NCBI GenBank assembly: GCA_964593675.1
Contig: CAZQIE010000003.1
Coordinates: 1,322 to 65,321, forward strand
Direction of reading: 5' to 3'
Origin: an uncultured Opitutales bacterium
GTDB taxonomy: Bacteria; Verrucomicrobiota; Verrucomicrobiia; Opitutales; CAZQIE01
DNA: 64,000 bases
A program made the translations under genes and the position numbers. Below are positions 21,602 to 30,534 of the stretch, piece by piece (positions within the stretch are counted from its first letter, which is position 1; every line of letters begins with the position of its first letter). The notes under the pieces were generated by a model. It was not told the DNA's origin and searched no databases. It saw nothing but the letters and a program-made list of their open reading frames with translations.

Positions 21602-23830
21602 TTAAGCCCGATTTTCCTGCCCGTTGCTGGTCTCGACGGAGAACTTCGACATCGCCTTGTTGAGGGCCTCTACGGCGTCCTGAAGGCTGCGCGCGGTGCG
21701 GTTGAAGCCGTCAAGGGCGAGGGTGGTCTGGCGTGCGGCGGAATTGAGGCCGGAGACGGCTTCGCTGATCTGGCGGGCGCCGAGAGCCTGGCTTTGCATG
21801 CCTTCGGTCACGGCGTCGAAGCGGGGCGTGAGCGCCTGGACCTGCCGGAGGATGTCGCCCATGCGGTGCCCCATTTCCGCAACCTTGTCCATGCCCTCCT
21901 TGATCTCGACGGAAAACTTGCCCATCTCGGACACTCCCGAGGAGACGGCCGCCTGCATTTCGCGCACCATTTCCTCGATATCGAGCGTCGCAACAGCGGT
22001 CTGGTCCGCAAGGCGCCGAACTTCCCGCGCTACGACAGCGAAGCCGAGCCCGTATTCGCCGGCTTTCTCGGCCTCAATCGCGGCGTTGAGTGAGAGGAGG
22101 TTCGTCTGGTCGGCGATTTTCGTGATGGTCGTGACGACGCCGTTGATGGCGTTGGCTTTGTCGGAAATCGCGTTGAGCCTCGTGGAAATCGAGGCCGTGG
22201 CCTCGGTCATGAGCTTGATGGCGGCCTCGCGTTCGGCGATGGCGCCTTGGCCTCGCGCGGCGACCTCGGCGGTGGTGTTCGCGCTTTCGGCGACACTGCC
22301 CATGGTCTTGCAGAGTTCCTGAGAGGTGGCGGAAATCTCCTTCACGGCAGCCGCGATCTCGTTGGTGGACGAGCCGAAGTCGTGCATCGTGTTTTCCTGC
22401 AGCTTGGCGGCACCACCGATCTCGGCGGCGGTTGAGACGAGTTGGCGGCTGGCGCTCTTTACCTGCCCGATGAGCGAGCCGAGGTTCTCCGTCATCGTGA
22501 CGATGGCCGCGTAAAGCTGGCCGGTCTCGTCCTGGGCGCGCTCAAGCCTGCGAGCCTGGCTGCCTTGCTGAAGGAGGGTGCTGGCGCCGCTGATGTCGCC
22601 TGCTGCGACGCGGCGGGACACGTCGGTAAGGAAGCCGATGGGCCTGGCGAGATAACCGCCGAGGAGCCAGGCAAGGCCGACGGCAAGGACGAGGAACGAA
22701 ATGCCGCCGAGGGTGGACCATTCCTGGAGCTCGTCGATGGCGCGCTCAGCTTCCTGTTTCGGCCCCAAGGTGTCTTCCGGATACGCAACGAGGCCGACGA
22801 CCCAGTTCCAGTCCGGGTAATACGCATAGACGACGTGTTTTTCCACGGGCTCGTTGTCTCGACCGTCCTGCCAGACGAGCGTTTCCTGGGCGACCTGACC
22901 GGCCTTGAGGCGCAAGGCACGGTCCGCGATTTCCCGGAAGACAGGCCTCCCTTTGACGTCGAGGAGCATCTGGGCGTTCTGCTCGTTGACCTGCTTGCCC
23001 TGCACGAGGACAAAGCGGGTCTCGTTGCCCACGTCGCGTCCGTAGGTGACGAAGATGTAGCCTTTGTTGCCGATTTCAGCGCTCTGGATCGCTGACCGGA
23101 GCGCCTGCTCGGACTCCTGGAGCACACCGACAGAGAGCATGCCGACAACGGCGCCCGTGGCGTCGCGGAGGGGCTCATAGGCGGTCAGGTACCAGTCATC
23201 GACGGCAAAGGCGGAGCCCCGGTAGCGTTCACCGCGGCGGATGGCGGCGACGACGGGGTTTGGTTTGCCGTCAGGCTCAACGGCGGGAATGTAGGTTCCG
23301 AGCGCACGCTGACCCTCGGTGGTAAGCACGGTGGTGTCGACGCGGAGCATGTCGCCCGCCTCGTTCATGCGCTGGAAGATGGAGCACTGGGCGCCAAGGA
23401 GCCTGCGCACGTCGTCAACGATCGGCGAGGCATCATCCGCAGAGCGGCCGGGGATCATGGCGACGTCGCCAATGCGCATCTGGGGCAGCTCAATCCTGGA
23501 CTTCTGGCGGCTGACCTGATTCTGGGCCTCCCAGGCAACCTTCGTCTCACCACTGAACGTTACCGGGCCGGCCTTCTGGACGAGCATGTGGGCGACGCTG
23601 AGGGCGTCGTCAACGCGCCGTTGCATGAGGCCGTTGCTGGCGACACAGGAATTATAGACGTCCGAGACGACGAGGTGGAAGCAGTAGTTGGTGACGCGGT
23701 CAATCTCCTGATCCACGCGGGAGGCAACGCGGGCTTGCTGCCACTCCATTATCAGGGCCATTGCGAGGACCGGCAGGAGCGCGGAGCAGATGGCCAACCC
23801 GATTACCTTGTGTCGCAGCCTGAGCTTCAT
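21602..23830 (-). CDS. methyl-accepting chemotaxis protein with Cache-type periplasmic domain
   Basis: Same architecture as its neighbour but with a divergent sensor region. Signalling hairpin reads [35 protein letters not shown]. It lies 10 nt upstream of the next MCP. Confidence 0.92.
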   Translation of the reverse strand: MKLRLRHKVIGLAICSALLPVLAMALIMEWQQARVASRVDQEIDRVTNYCFHLVVSDVYNSCVASNGLMQRRVDDALSVAHMLVQKAGPVTFSGETKVAWEAQNQVSRQKSRIELPQMRIGDVAMIPGRSADDASPIVDDVRRLLGAQCSIFQRMNEAGDMLRVDTTVLTTEGQRALGTYIPAVEPDGKPNPVVAAIRRGERYRGSAFAVDDWYLTAYEPLRDATGAVVGMLSVGVLQESEQALRSAIQSAEIGNKGYIFVTYGRDVGNETRFVLVQGKQVNEQNAQMLLDVKGRPVFREIADRALRLKAGQVAQETLVWQDGRDNEPVEKHVVYAYYPDWNWVVGLVAYPEDTLGPKQEAERAIDELQEWSTLGGISFLVLAVGLAWLLGGYLARPIGFLTDVSRRVAAGDISGASTLLQQGSQARRLERAQDETGQLYAAIVTMTENLGSLIGQVKSASRQLVSTAAEIGGAAKLQENTMHDFGSSTNEIAAAVKEISATSQELCKTMGSVAESANTTAEVAARGQGAIAEREAAIKLMTEATASISTRLNAISDKANAINGVVTTITKIADQTNLLSLNAAIEAEKAGEYGLGFAVVAREVRRLADQTAVATLDIEEMVREMQAAVSSGVSEMGKFSVEIKEGMDKVAEMGHRMGDILRQVQALTPRFDAVTEGMQSQALGARQISEAVSGLNSAARQTTLALDGFNRTARSLQDAVEALNKAMSKFSVETSNGQENRA

Positions 23831-23988
23831 AGGGGAGAAAGGGACGCGGATTGGGCGCCTCGCAAAGGGCTACAAGGCGAGGCACGCCAGCAGAGACGCC
23901 ATCTGGGCCGCCCCGGAAAGGTTAGACCGAGGGGCTCGGGAATGACCGGCAAAAACTCGAAGCCCGTTACCGGGGCTGTGCAGGAAGG

Positions 23989-24324
23989 CTAGCGCAAGGC
24001 GGTAACGCCTTCGGCGCGACCCGGGTAGATGGCGAAGATGCTGGTAAAGCCGGAAATCTCAAAGACCTGCTTCACGTTCGCGCTCAGGGCGCAAAGGGCG
24101 ATGCGCCCCTGGACTTTCTTGAACTGCTTGGCGGCGGCGAGCAGGACGCGCAGGCCCGCGCTGCTGATGTATTCCAGCGCTGCGGCGTCCACCAAGACCT
24201 TCGCGTCCTTTTGGGCGGCAAGGCCATTGAGCACCGATTCGAGCGCACCAGAAGTGCTTGCGTCCAAGCGTCCCTTGAGGGACACGACCGTCACGTCATT
24301 CACCTTCTCTTCGCTGATTTGCAC
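23989..24324 (-). CDS. STAS-domain protein (SpoIIAA-type anti-sigma-factor antagonist)
   Basis: 111 aa. MQISEEKVNDVTVVSLKGRLDASTSGALES ... LEYISSAGLRVLL ... SGFTSIFAIY is the canonical STAS pattern, including the phosphorylatable-Ser context. Start codon is GTG. Confidence 0.85.
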   Translation of the reverse strand: MQISEEKVNDVTVVSLKGRLDASTSGALESVLNGLAAQKDAKVLVDAAALEYISSAGLRVLLAAAKQFKKVQGRIALCALSANVKQVFEISGFTSIFAIYPGRAEGVTALR

Positions 24325-24569
24325 GGCTGCTCCTGATATGCGGGGAGTGAAAGGGTGTCCGCGGGCCTAGGGCTTTCGGCAGGAAAGCCGCGGGAAGAAA
24401 CCCGGGTAGGCGTAAGTGGTTCCGCGTGGTCGGGAGCATTCTTAACACGTTTGCCCTTTGCAAGATCAATTCGCCCAAGTGTCCCGGCCCGAGCCAATAG
24501 GGGCATCTGCGGGAGAGCCAGGAGTCTCCTGTTGCATCGAAGGCACTGGCCCGTTTGAATGAGGGTCCC

Positions 24570-25412
24570 ATGACCAAGAGAGCTCCCCTCGCCTCCTTGC
24601 TTCTTATCCTGCTGGCCACCCCGGTGAACCACGCCGCGGTGAACCACAAGGCCTACGTCTACGGATGGAACGAAAGCGCCTCCTGGACAGTGTATGAGAA
24701 CAGCTCCGCGGCCGGCAGCCTTTCGGGCAACCGCTCGGCCACGTATAACAATTGCACCTGGACGGTGCTTTGGGACACCAACGCGGCGCAAGGGTCCGTA
24801 CGCCTGCGCAATCAGGTGACGAATAACCAGCTTGGGACCAACACGGTCGTGCAAAGTTCAGCCGGTTTTTATGACACGTTCACAGTCGGCGCCGGGACGA
24901 GCGGGCTTTCGAACGGGACCTCGGTCACGCTGACGTTAACGGGCAAGTTCAACGGGTCCACCTGGGTGGATGCGCTGAACGCGCAGACGGGCAACACGAC
25001 GCTCGGTTACGCTGTGGGCGTTTACTCCGGCGTGTGGACGGAGCCGTTCCAGGGAACCGTGTCGCAGGACTGCTACACAGCGGGCAGCCCCGGAACGATC
25101 AACGTGAACCTGCCGTTTTCGTTAAACATCAACACGACGGTGGGCTCGAGCGTCGATGTGTTCCTGCGGATCGGGCCGCTGGGGTCCTCCAACCCCGGCA
25201 CCCAAAGCTCGGGTTGCACCCATCCCGGTCAGACCGCGGGCTTCGACATCACCGGGTCGTGGACGACCGCGAGCAGCGCAGCCGGAACGGCCGTAACCTC
25301 CGCCGCGGGATGGACGCCCGTGCCGGAGCCGAAAGACGCCGGTGTATGGGCAGCAGTCTGCGCGGCCCTTGCGGGCGTCGTCGGCAGCATTGTCCTGAAA
25401 AAGCGCAAGTAG
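24570..25412 (+). CDS. secreted hypothetical protein with PEP-CTERM sorting signal
   Basis: MTKRAPLASLLLILLATPVNHA looks like a signal peptide. The body is Ser/Thr/Asn/Gly-rich. The C-terminus VPEPKDAGVWAAVCAALAGVVGSIVLKKRK gives PEP, a TM helix and a basic tail. The track start at 24555 is TTG. Confidence 0.75.
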   Translation: MTKRAPLASLLLILLATPVNHAAVNHKAYVYGWNESASWTVYENSSAAGSLSGNRSATYNNCTWTVLWDTNAAQGSVRLRNQVTNNQLGTNTVVQSSAGFYDTFTVGAGTSGLSNGTSVTLTLTGKFNGSTWVDALNAQTGNTTLGYAVGVYSGVWTEPFQGTVSQDCYTAGSPGTINVNLPFSLNINTTVGSSVDVFLRIGPLGSSNPGTQSSGCTHPGQTAGFDITGSWTTASSAAGTAVTSAAGWTPVPEPKDAGVWAAVCAALAGVVGSIVLKKRK

Positions 25413-25492
25413 CGGCAAAAGTAACACGAATAGGTCAGGGCTGTCACCTGTCTTTACCGCCCGAAAAGGCGGCGCCATGAACTGAAGCGGCG

Positions 25493-26473
25493 TTAATGGG
25501 CAGAAATCGGGGCTGTGTCTTTGGCTGGGTTTGAGGCCCGCCGGTATTCCCCCGGTGTCATGGCGAAGCGGTTGCGGAAAAGGCGCCAGAAATAAGTTTC
25601 CTCGGCGATGCCGCAGGTCTCGCTGATGGCGCGCAAGGGCAAGTCTGTTGTGCGCAGGAGTGAGCCTGCGAGGCGCATCCTTTCGCGCAGGTGGTATTGG
25701 CGCAATGAGGTCCCGGTTATGGCGCGGAACACCCGTCGAAACTGCGACGCGGACAGGCCACAGCGGCGGGCGCAGGCTTGCTCGGGATACGCGGCGGCGG
25801 GGGACGCGCCAATCTCGGCAGCCAGGGCCCTTGCTTTGGTTGCACCGGGGGAGGCGGCCGCTTTGGAAGACTCGGCGTGCCTGAAAGACACGAGGAGCAC
25901 GAGTAGGCGTGCCCACGCTTCGTCTTCGGCGCCGCCTTCGAGAGCCGCAAGCACGGCGTCAAAGCGGGCGCAGAAACGGGCGGGGTCCGCTACCGGGCGG
26001 AGTGCGGCGGCGGGGTCGGTGGGAATCCATTGCCGGGTGGCGAGTTCGTCCGCCCAGAGCCCGCGGAAGGTGACAAAGCGGTGGTTCCACCCGGGCGCTT
26101 CCTTTTGCCCGTAGATGAAGGACGAGCCCGGCCATGTGACCCAAGCGACGGGCTCCCGCAAAAGGCGGAGAGGCTGCCCCTTCGGCGCCCACCAGAGGTC
26201 GCCCCCGTGGGAGTAATTGAGGGCGAAATAGTCCGGGAAATAACGGTCCACCCATGCGGTGCAGCGGGGTATTCGGTTAAAGGAAATAAAGGTGAAGGGA
26301 GCGCCGGCCACAATGGCTGGAAAGTATAGGTTTTTCACCGGATTGTCTATTACATCCGGGAAGGCATGCGTGGTAAACTTGCATGTAATGAGCGAAACAG
26401 CCAGTCCCACCCTCCCCGACCTTCGCAACCTGCTGCCCGGTTCGCGGCACCATCTTGACCGGATTGCCCGCAT
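25493..26473 (-). CDS. AraC-family transcriptional regulator
   Basis: C-terminal dual HTH (LAGSLLRTTDLPLRAISETCGIAEETYFWRLFRNRFAMTPGEYRR) and an N-terminal cupin-like sensor region. The ATG at 26473 would overlap the divergent gene by 86 nt. GTG alternatives at 26410 or 26338 are possible, so the start is uncertain. Confidence 0.7.
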   Translation of the reverse strand: MRAIRSRWCREPGSRLRRSGRVGLAVSLITCKFTTHAFPDVIDNPVKNLYFPAIVAGAPFTFISFNRIPRCTAWVDRYFPDYFALNYSHGGDLWWAPKGQPLRLLREPVAWVTWPGSSFIYGQKEAPGWNHRFVTFRGLWADELATRQWIPTDPAAALRPVADPARFCARFDAVLAALEGGAEDEAWARLLVLLVSFRHAESSKAAASPGATKARALAAEIGASPAAAYPEQACARRCGLSASQFRRVFRAITGTSLRQYHLRERMRLAGSLLRTTDLPLRAISETCGIAEETYFWRLFRNRFAMTPGEYRRASNPAKDTAPISAH

Positions 26474-27482
26474 CGAGGCGCGCTACCGCCGGTTGCGTGA
26501 AGATCCGGACGGGTGCTCGCCGTGCATCCAGATTCAGATCCGCAAGCCGGACCCGGCACCTGAGGAGCAGTTCAAGGACCCGATGCTCATGCTGCGCTGC
26601 CAACTTGAATCGCTGCTCCCGTCCTATGCGCTGGAGGACGACCGGCTTCCGTCTGTGCGGGTGAACTTCGGCACGGCACAGGTCGCCCATGCCTTCGGGT
26701 GCACTTTGGCGTTTCCGACGAACAGCCTCCCTGCCGCGCATGAGCCCGCGATCCAGTCCGCCGCGGAAATCTACACGATGAAACAGCCGACGATGGCGGA
26801 CGGCCTGTATCCGCGTCTGTTGGAGTGGACGGAGCTCTGGTTCAAGCACCTGCCTGAGGGCGTGCGCATCCAGCACCCGGACGTGCAGTCCGCGTTCAAC
26901 ACGGCGCACCTGATCCGCGGGAACGACATCTTCACGGACCTGTACGATGAACCGGAAGCGGTGGACGCGCTGCTGGACCGGGTGACGGACTTCATGATCG
27001 AGCTCATTCCGCAGCTCAACAAGGCCATCCGCGCGGAGAACGGCTGGTTTGCGGACTGGGGTGCCTGGTGGCAAGGGGCTGCGCGCATCAGCAACTGCAC
27101 GCTCCACCTCGTCAGCCCGGACGTTTACGAGCGTCACATCCGCTCCCGCGACGCACGGCTTTTTTCAAGCATCGGCGGTGGGCGCATGCACTATTGCGGC
27201 ACGCACGGCAAAACGCTCGGGATGATGACGACGATCCCCGGCATGAGCGCGATCGACCTCGACCCGAAGCATCACGATTTCTGGGCGCTCGCGGAGCAGC
27301 TTCCCGAGGACGTGGTGCTGGGAACAACGTTTACGGGCGCAGGAGAGCCGTTTGTGCAACGTCTCCTGAACGGCGATTGGCCAAAGAAGCGCAACCTGAT
27401 GATCAATTGCTTCTGCAAGGACCTGAACGAGGGACGGGAAATCCTGCAGCGGCTGCGCGAAACGGGACCGAAGGAGAAGTAA
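26388..27482 (+). CDS. hypothetical enzyme, possibly uroporphyrinogen-decarboxylase (URO-D)-like TIM-barrel family
   Basis: ATG at 26388 gives MSETASPTLPDL. Coding-like composition throughout. The overall pattern (DRIARIEARYRRL ... VRVNFGTAQVAHAFGC ... HPDVQSAFNTAHLIRG ... RMHYCGTHGK) is reminiscent of URO-D/MtaA-like proteins. The product call is weak. Confidence 0.5.
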   Translation: MSETASPTLPDLRNLLPGSRHHLDRIARIEARYRRLREDPDGCSPCIQIQIRKPDPAPEEQFKDPMLMLRCQLESLLPSYALEDDRLPSVRVNFGTAQVAHAFGCTLAFPTNSLPAAHEPAIQSAAEIYTMKQPTMADGLYPRLLEWTELWFKHLPEGVRIQHPDVQSAFNTAHLIRGNDIFTDLYDEPEAVDALLDRVTDFMIELIPQLNKAIRAENGWFADWGAWWQGAARISNCTLHLVSPDVYERHIRSRDARLFSSIGGGRMHYCGTHGKTLGMMTTIPGMSAIDLDPKHHDFWALAEQLPEDVVLGTTFTGAGEPFVQRLLNGDWPKKRNLMINCFCKDLNEGREILQRLRETGPKEK

Positions 27483-27581
27483 CCCGCAAACCTCGGGCGC
27501 CAGCGGGAAGCTCATCCCGCAGGCGCGCCTGGCGCCGAAGCTCCACCCCGGTCAACCGGGGCTTGGCCGAGAGGCGTGCGT

Positions 27582-28748
27582 TCAGCTTTGTGAGGCGCAG
27601 AGGTAGGGCTGGACGAACGTGCGGTTCAGGGTGACACCGAGGCCCGGTTGCACAAGGCGCCCGGCGATATCGAAGTACCCATCCTGGGCGAGGAGGTCCA
27701 GCGGCTGCTCCACAATGGCGTAGCGGTTGTCTTCCCACATGGGGAACCACTCCTGCACAAAGCAATTGGGCGTGGCGGCGATGACCTGGAGCGTCGCAGC
27801 GGTGCAGATGGGGCCGGCGCAGTTATGAAGCTGCACCTGCACCTGATAGGCTTCGGCCATCGCGGCGATTTTGCGGGTTTCAGTGATGCCGCCGGCAAGG
27901 CAGACGTCGGGCTGGATGACGTCGAAGACGCGGGCCTCCAGGAAGGGCAGGAAATCCTGCCGCGTGTAAAGGCGTTCGCCACCGGCCAGTGGGAGGCCAG
28001 GCAGACCGCGCGCGACGGTTTCCATGGCACCGACGGTCAGCGTGTCTGTGGGCTCCTCCAGGAAAACCGGGTTGACTGCGGCGAGCTCGCGGCCCCAGCG
28101 GACGGCGTCTCCCGCGCGGAGGGCGCCGTGAAGGTCGATATACAGGTCGCGGTCAGGCCCAATGGCCTCGCGGACGGCATGGACGCGGGCCACGCCGCGG
28201 CGGGCAATTTCGGGGTCGAGGTGCTGGACGGCGGCGCCGGTGACATCGGCGCGCGCGCGGAAGGGGTCAAACTTCACGCCACGCCAGCCTTGGGAGACGA
28301 TGGCGCGGGCACGTTCCGCGAAATCCTCGGGCGTAAAGGCGTCGCGGTACCAGTGGTTCGCGTAAAGCTTTATGCGGTCGTGCACGCGCCCCCCCAGGAG
28401 GACGTGCAGGGGCTGCGAGGCCGCTTTTGCCTTGATGTCCCAGCAGGCGATATCAAAGGCGCTCATTGCCCCGTAAAGCGCGAGGCTGCGGCCGAGGCCC
28501 CAATAGCTGGAGCGGAAGATGCGCTGCCACAGCGCCTCCGGGCGCTCGGGATCGGCGCCGAGGACGTATTTCTTCGCCAGTGCCTGCGCCATCGCGAGGC
28601 AGGACTCCGCGCCGTCCCCGTACACCATGGCGATCTCCCCTAGCCCGCTGAGGCCGGCGTCGGTGTGGACTTCCAGCACGACCAGGCGGTGATGCGGCGG
28701 CACGGCACGCAGGTTGACGTCGAAAAAGTCGATTCGCGTGATCTTCAT
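27582..28748 (-). CDS. enolase-superfamily enzyme (mandelate racemase/muconate lactonizing family, sugar-acid dehydratase-like)
   Basis: MKITRIDFFDV ... AMSAFDIACWDIKAKAASQPLHVLLGG ... LYIDLHGAL ... VFLEEP ... AGGERLY ... DVIQPDVCLAGGITE ... HNCAGPI. Metal-ligand and capping-domain patterns match the MR/MLE family. Confidence 0.88.
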   Translation of the reverse strand: MKITRIDFFDVNLRAVPPHHRLVVLEVHTDAGLSGLGEIAMVYGDGAESCLAMAQALAKKYVLGADPERPEALWQRIFRSSYWGLGRSLALYGAMSAFDIACWDIKAKAASQPLHVLLGGRVHDRIKLYANHWYRDAFTPEDFAERARAIVSQGWRGVKFDPFRARADVTGAAVQHLDPEIARRGVARVHAVREAIGPDRDLYIDLHGALRAGDAVRWGRELAAVNPVFLEEPTDTLTVGAMETVARGLPGLPLAGGERLYTRQDFLPFLEARVFDVIQPDVCLAGGITETRKIAAMAEAYQVQVQLHNCAGPICTAATLQVIAATPNCFVQEWFPMWEDNRYAIVEQPLDLLAQDGYFDIAGRLVQPGLGVTLNRTFVQPYLCASQS

Positions 28749-28754
28749 GGGCGG

Positions 28755-30071
28755 CTAAGAAAGGCGTTCCGGTGCGGCGGTTTTGCGCAGAGGCAACAGG
28801 CAGGCAATGGCGGCGATCTGTGCGAGGCCGAGGGCGGCGAGACTCCAGCTGGCGTGCCCAAAGTGCTCCGCGAGGAAGCCGAAGAGCGTCGGCCCGGTGA
28901 AGCTCCCGAGGCTGCCGATCATGTTTACGGCACCGATGGCCACGGCAAGACCCAAAGCACTGAAGCGCTGGGAGACCATGGCCCAGAAGCACGGGGGCGC
29001 GCCCAGGAAACCGGCAGCTCCAACGAAGAGCGCCACGATTGCGGGGACTCTCATACCCGAGGCCGCAAAGACGGCACAGGCGATCATCCCTAAAGCACCC
29101 CAGGCAAGCAGCCCGACGGTGTGCCAGTAGCGCTCACCCAGGCGGTCGGAGGACCAGCCGGCGATCAGCTTCGCGCTCAGCCCGACTACCGGCGGTACGA
29201 TAGCCCAGAAGGTGGTTTGCAGATCGTTGAACCCGCCGAGGTTCCGCAGCGTGATTGGCATCCAGATATTGAAGCCCGTGACGGTAATCTGGACGCAGAA
29301 ATACGTCACGCACAGGACGATGGTCGTCTTTTCCGCCAAAGCGGAGAAGGTGTCTCGCCAGCTATGGTTTGCGCAAGTGTCGGCGGACGTATGAGCCTCG
29401 ATGGCGGCAGCTTCTTGGGGAGACAGCCAGCGGGCCTGGCTGGGGCGGTCGGGCAAGAACTTGAGGGCGAGGAGGCCGATGAACGCGGAGGGCAGCCCCT
29501 GGAGTATGAACATCCAGCGCCAGCCGCTCCAGCCATGCCAGTCAATGTCCAGCATCCAGCCCGAAACCGGTGCGCCGAAAATGGCGGCCGCGGTAAGCGA
29601 GCCCATAAAGATCGCTATCGCTTTGGCACGGTCCTGGGGCGTGAACCAGCGGCGCAAGACGATCATCATTGCCGGGAAGAAACCAGCCTCCGCAAGCCCG
29701 AGCATAAAGCGGATGACATAAAACTCGAGGGGCGTCCGCACGAACGCCGTGGCCGCAGCCAGCACGCCCCAGGTCACCATGATGCGCACGATCCACAGGC
29801 GTGCGCTCCAGCGCTGCGCGATGATTGCACCGGGAATCTCCAACAGCAAATACCCGATGTAAAATATTCCCGCACCAAGGCCGTAGACCGCATCGCTGAA
29901 CTGAAGGTCCTGCTTCATGCGCAGCGCCGCGAAACTGATGTTCGCACGGTCTAGCTGGGCCATGAAGTAGCACAGGCAGGCGAACGGGAGGATGCGCCAG
30001 AACACACGTGCCCGAAGCGCGGAAGGCAATGGGTGTGGTTGGGCACTCGTTTCTGCGCACGCAGGAGTCAT
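28755..30071 (-). CDS. MFS transporter (anion:cation symporter-like, probable sugar-acid importer)
   Basis: ATG at 30069-30071 gives MTPACAETS. About 12 hydrophobic helices and MFS loop motifs (MAQLDRANISFA, GAIIAQRWSARLW). It lies 6 nt upstream of the dehydratase gene. Confidence 0.85.
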   Translation of the reverse strand: MTPACAETSAQPHPLPSALRARVFWRILPFACLCYFMAQLDRANISFAALRMKQDLQFSDAVYGLGAGIFYIGYLLLEIPGAIIAQRWSARLWIVRIMVTWGVLAAATAFVRTPLEFYVIRFMLGLAEAGFFPAMMIVLRRWFTPQDRAKAIAIFMGSLTAAAIFGAPVSGWMLDIDWHGWSGWRWMFILQGLPSAFIGLLALKFLPDRPSQARWLSPQEAAAIEAHTSADTCANHSWRDTFSALAEKTTIVLCVTYFCVQITVTGFNIWMPITLRNLGGFNDLQTTFWAIVPPVVGLSAKLIAGWSSDRLGERYWHTVGLLAWGALGMIACAVFAASGMRVPAIVALFVGAAGFLGAPPCFWAMVSQRFSALGLAVAIGAVNMIGSLGSFTGPTLFGFLAEHFGHASWSLAALGLAQIAAIACLLPLRKTAAPERLS

Positions 30072-30534
30072 GGGATTTTCTTTCGGAGGGGGGCGCCGCT
30101 TGCCCGGGGGTCCGAGAAACGCGTCGCTGGGAGGAATGTGGGAGGAGGTTTTTTTACGCCGAACACACTCACTGTGCAGCACTCACCCCGCCCCGTCGAT
30201 CCTGCCGGACCTGAACCGATCAAATCGCCAGAACTGTGGGATGCGGGGTGCTGGAAAATCGAACGCCCGACCCGCTCGATGACGGTACCGGCGAAGAGAG
30301 GCGGGATAGACGCTAAGGGCGACACCTCAAACGTCACGAAGTACCGGGTAGGCTCCACGCCTCCCCGTGGCCTTCCCTCTCGATGCAGCGTGCGGGCTCG
30401 CATCGTATTCGCCGATATTGACACCCTTCTTCAGCCCCTGTCAGCTTGCCGAGTATTTTCACCGAACGAAACTTTGCATGAGTTTCCTGTGCAAGTTATT
30501 CTCCGCTGAAAACGCACGGAATCCGGGGGCAAAA

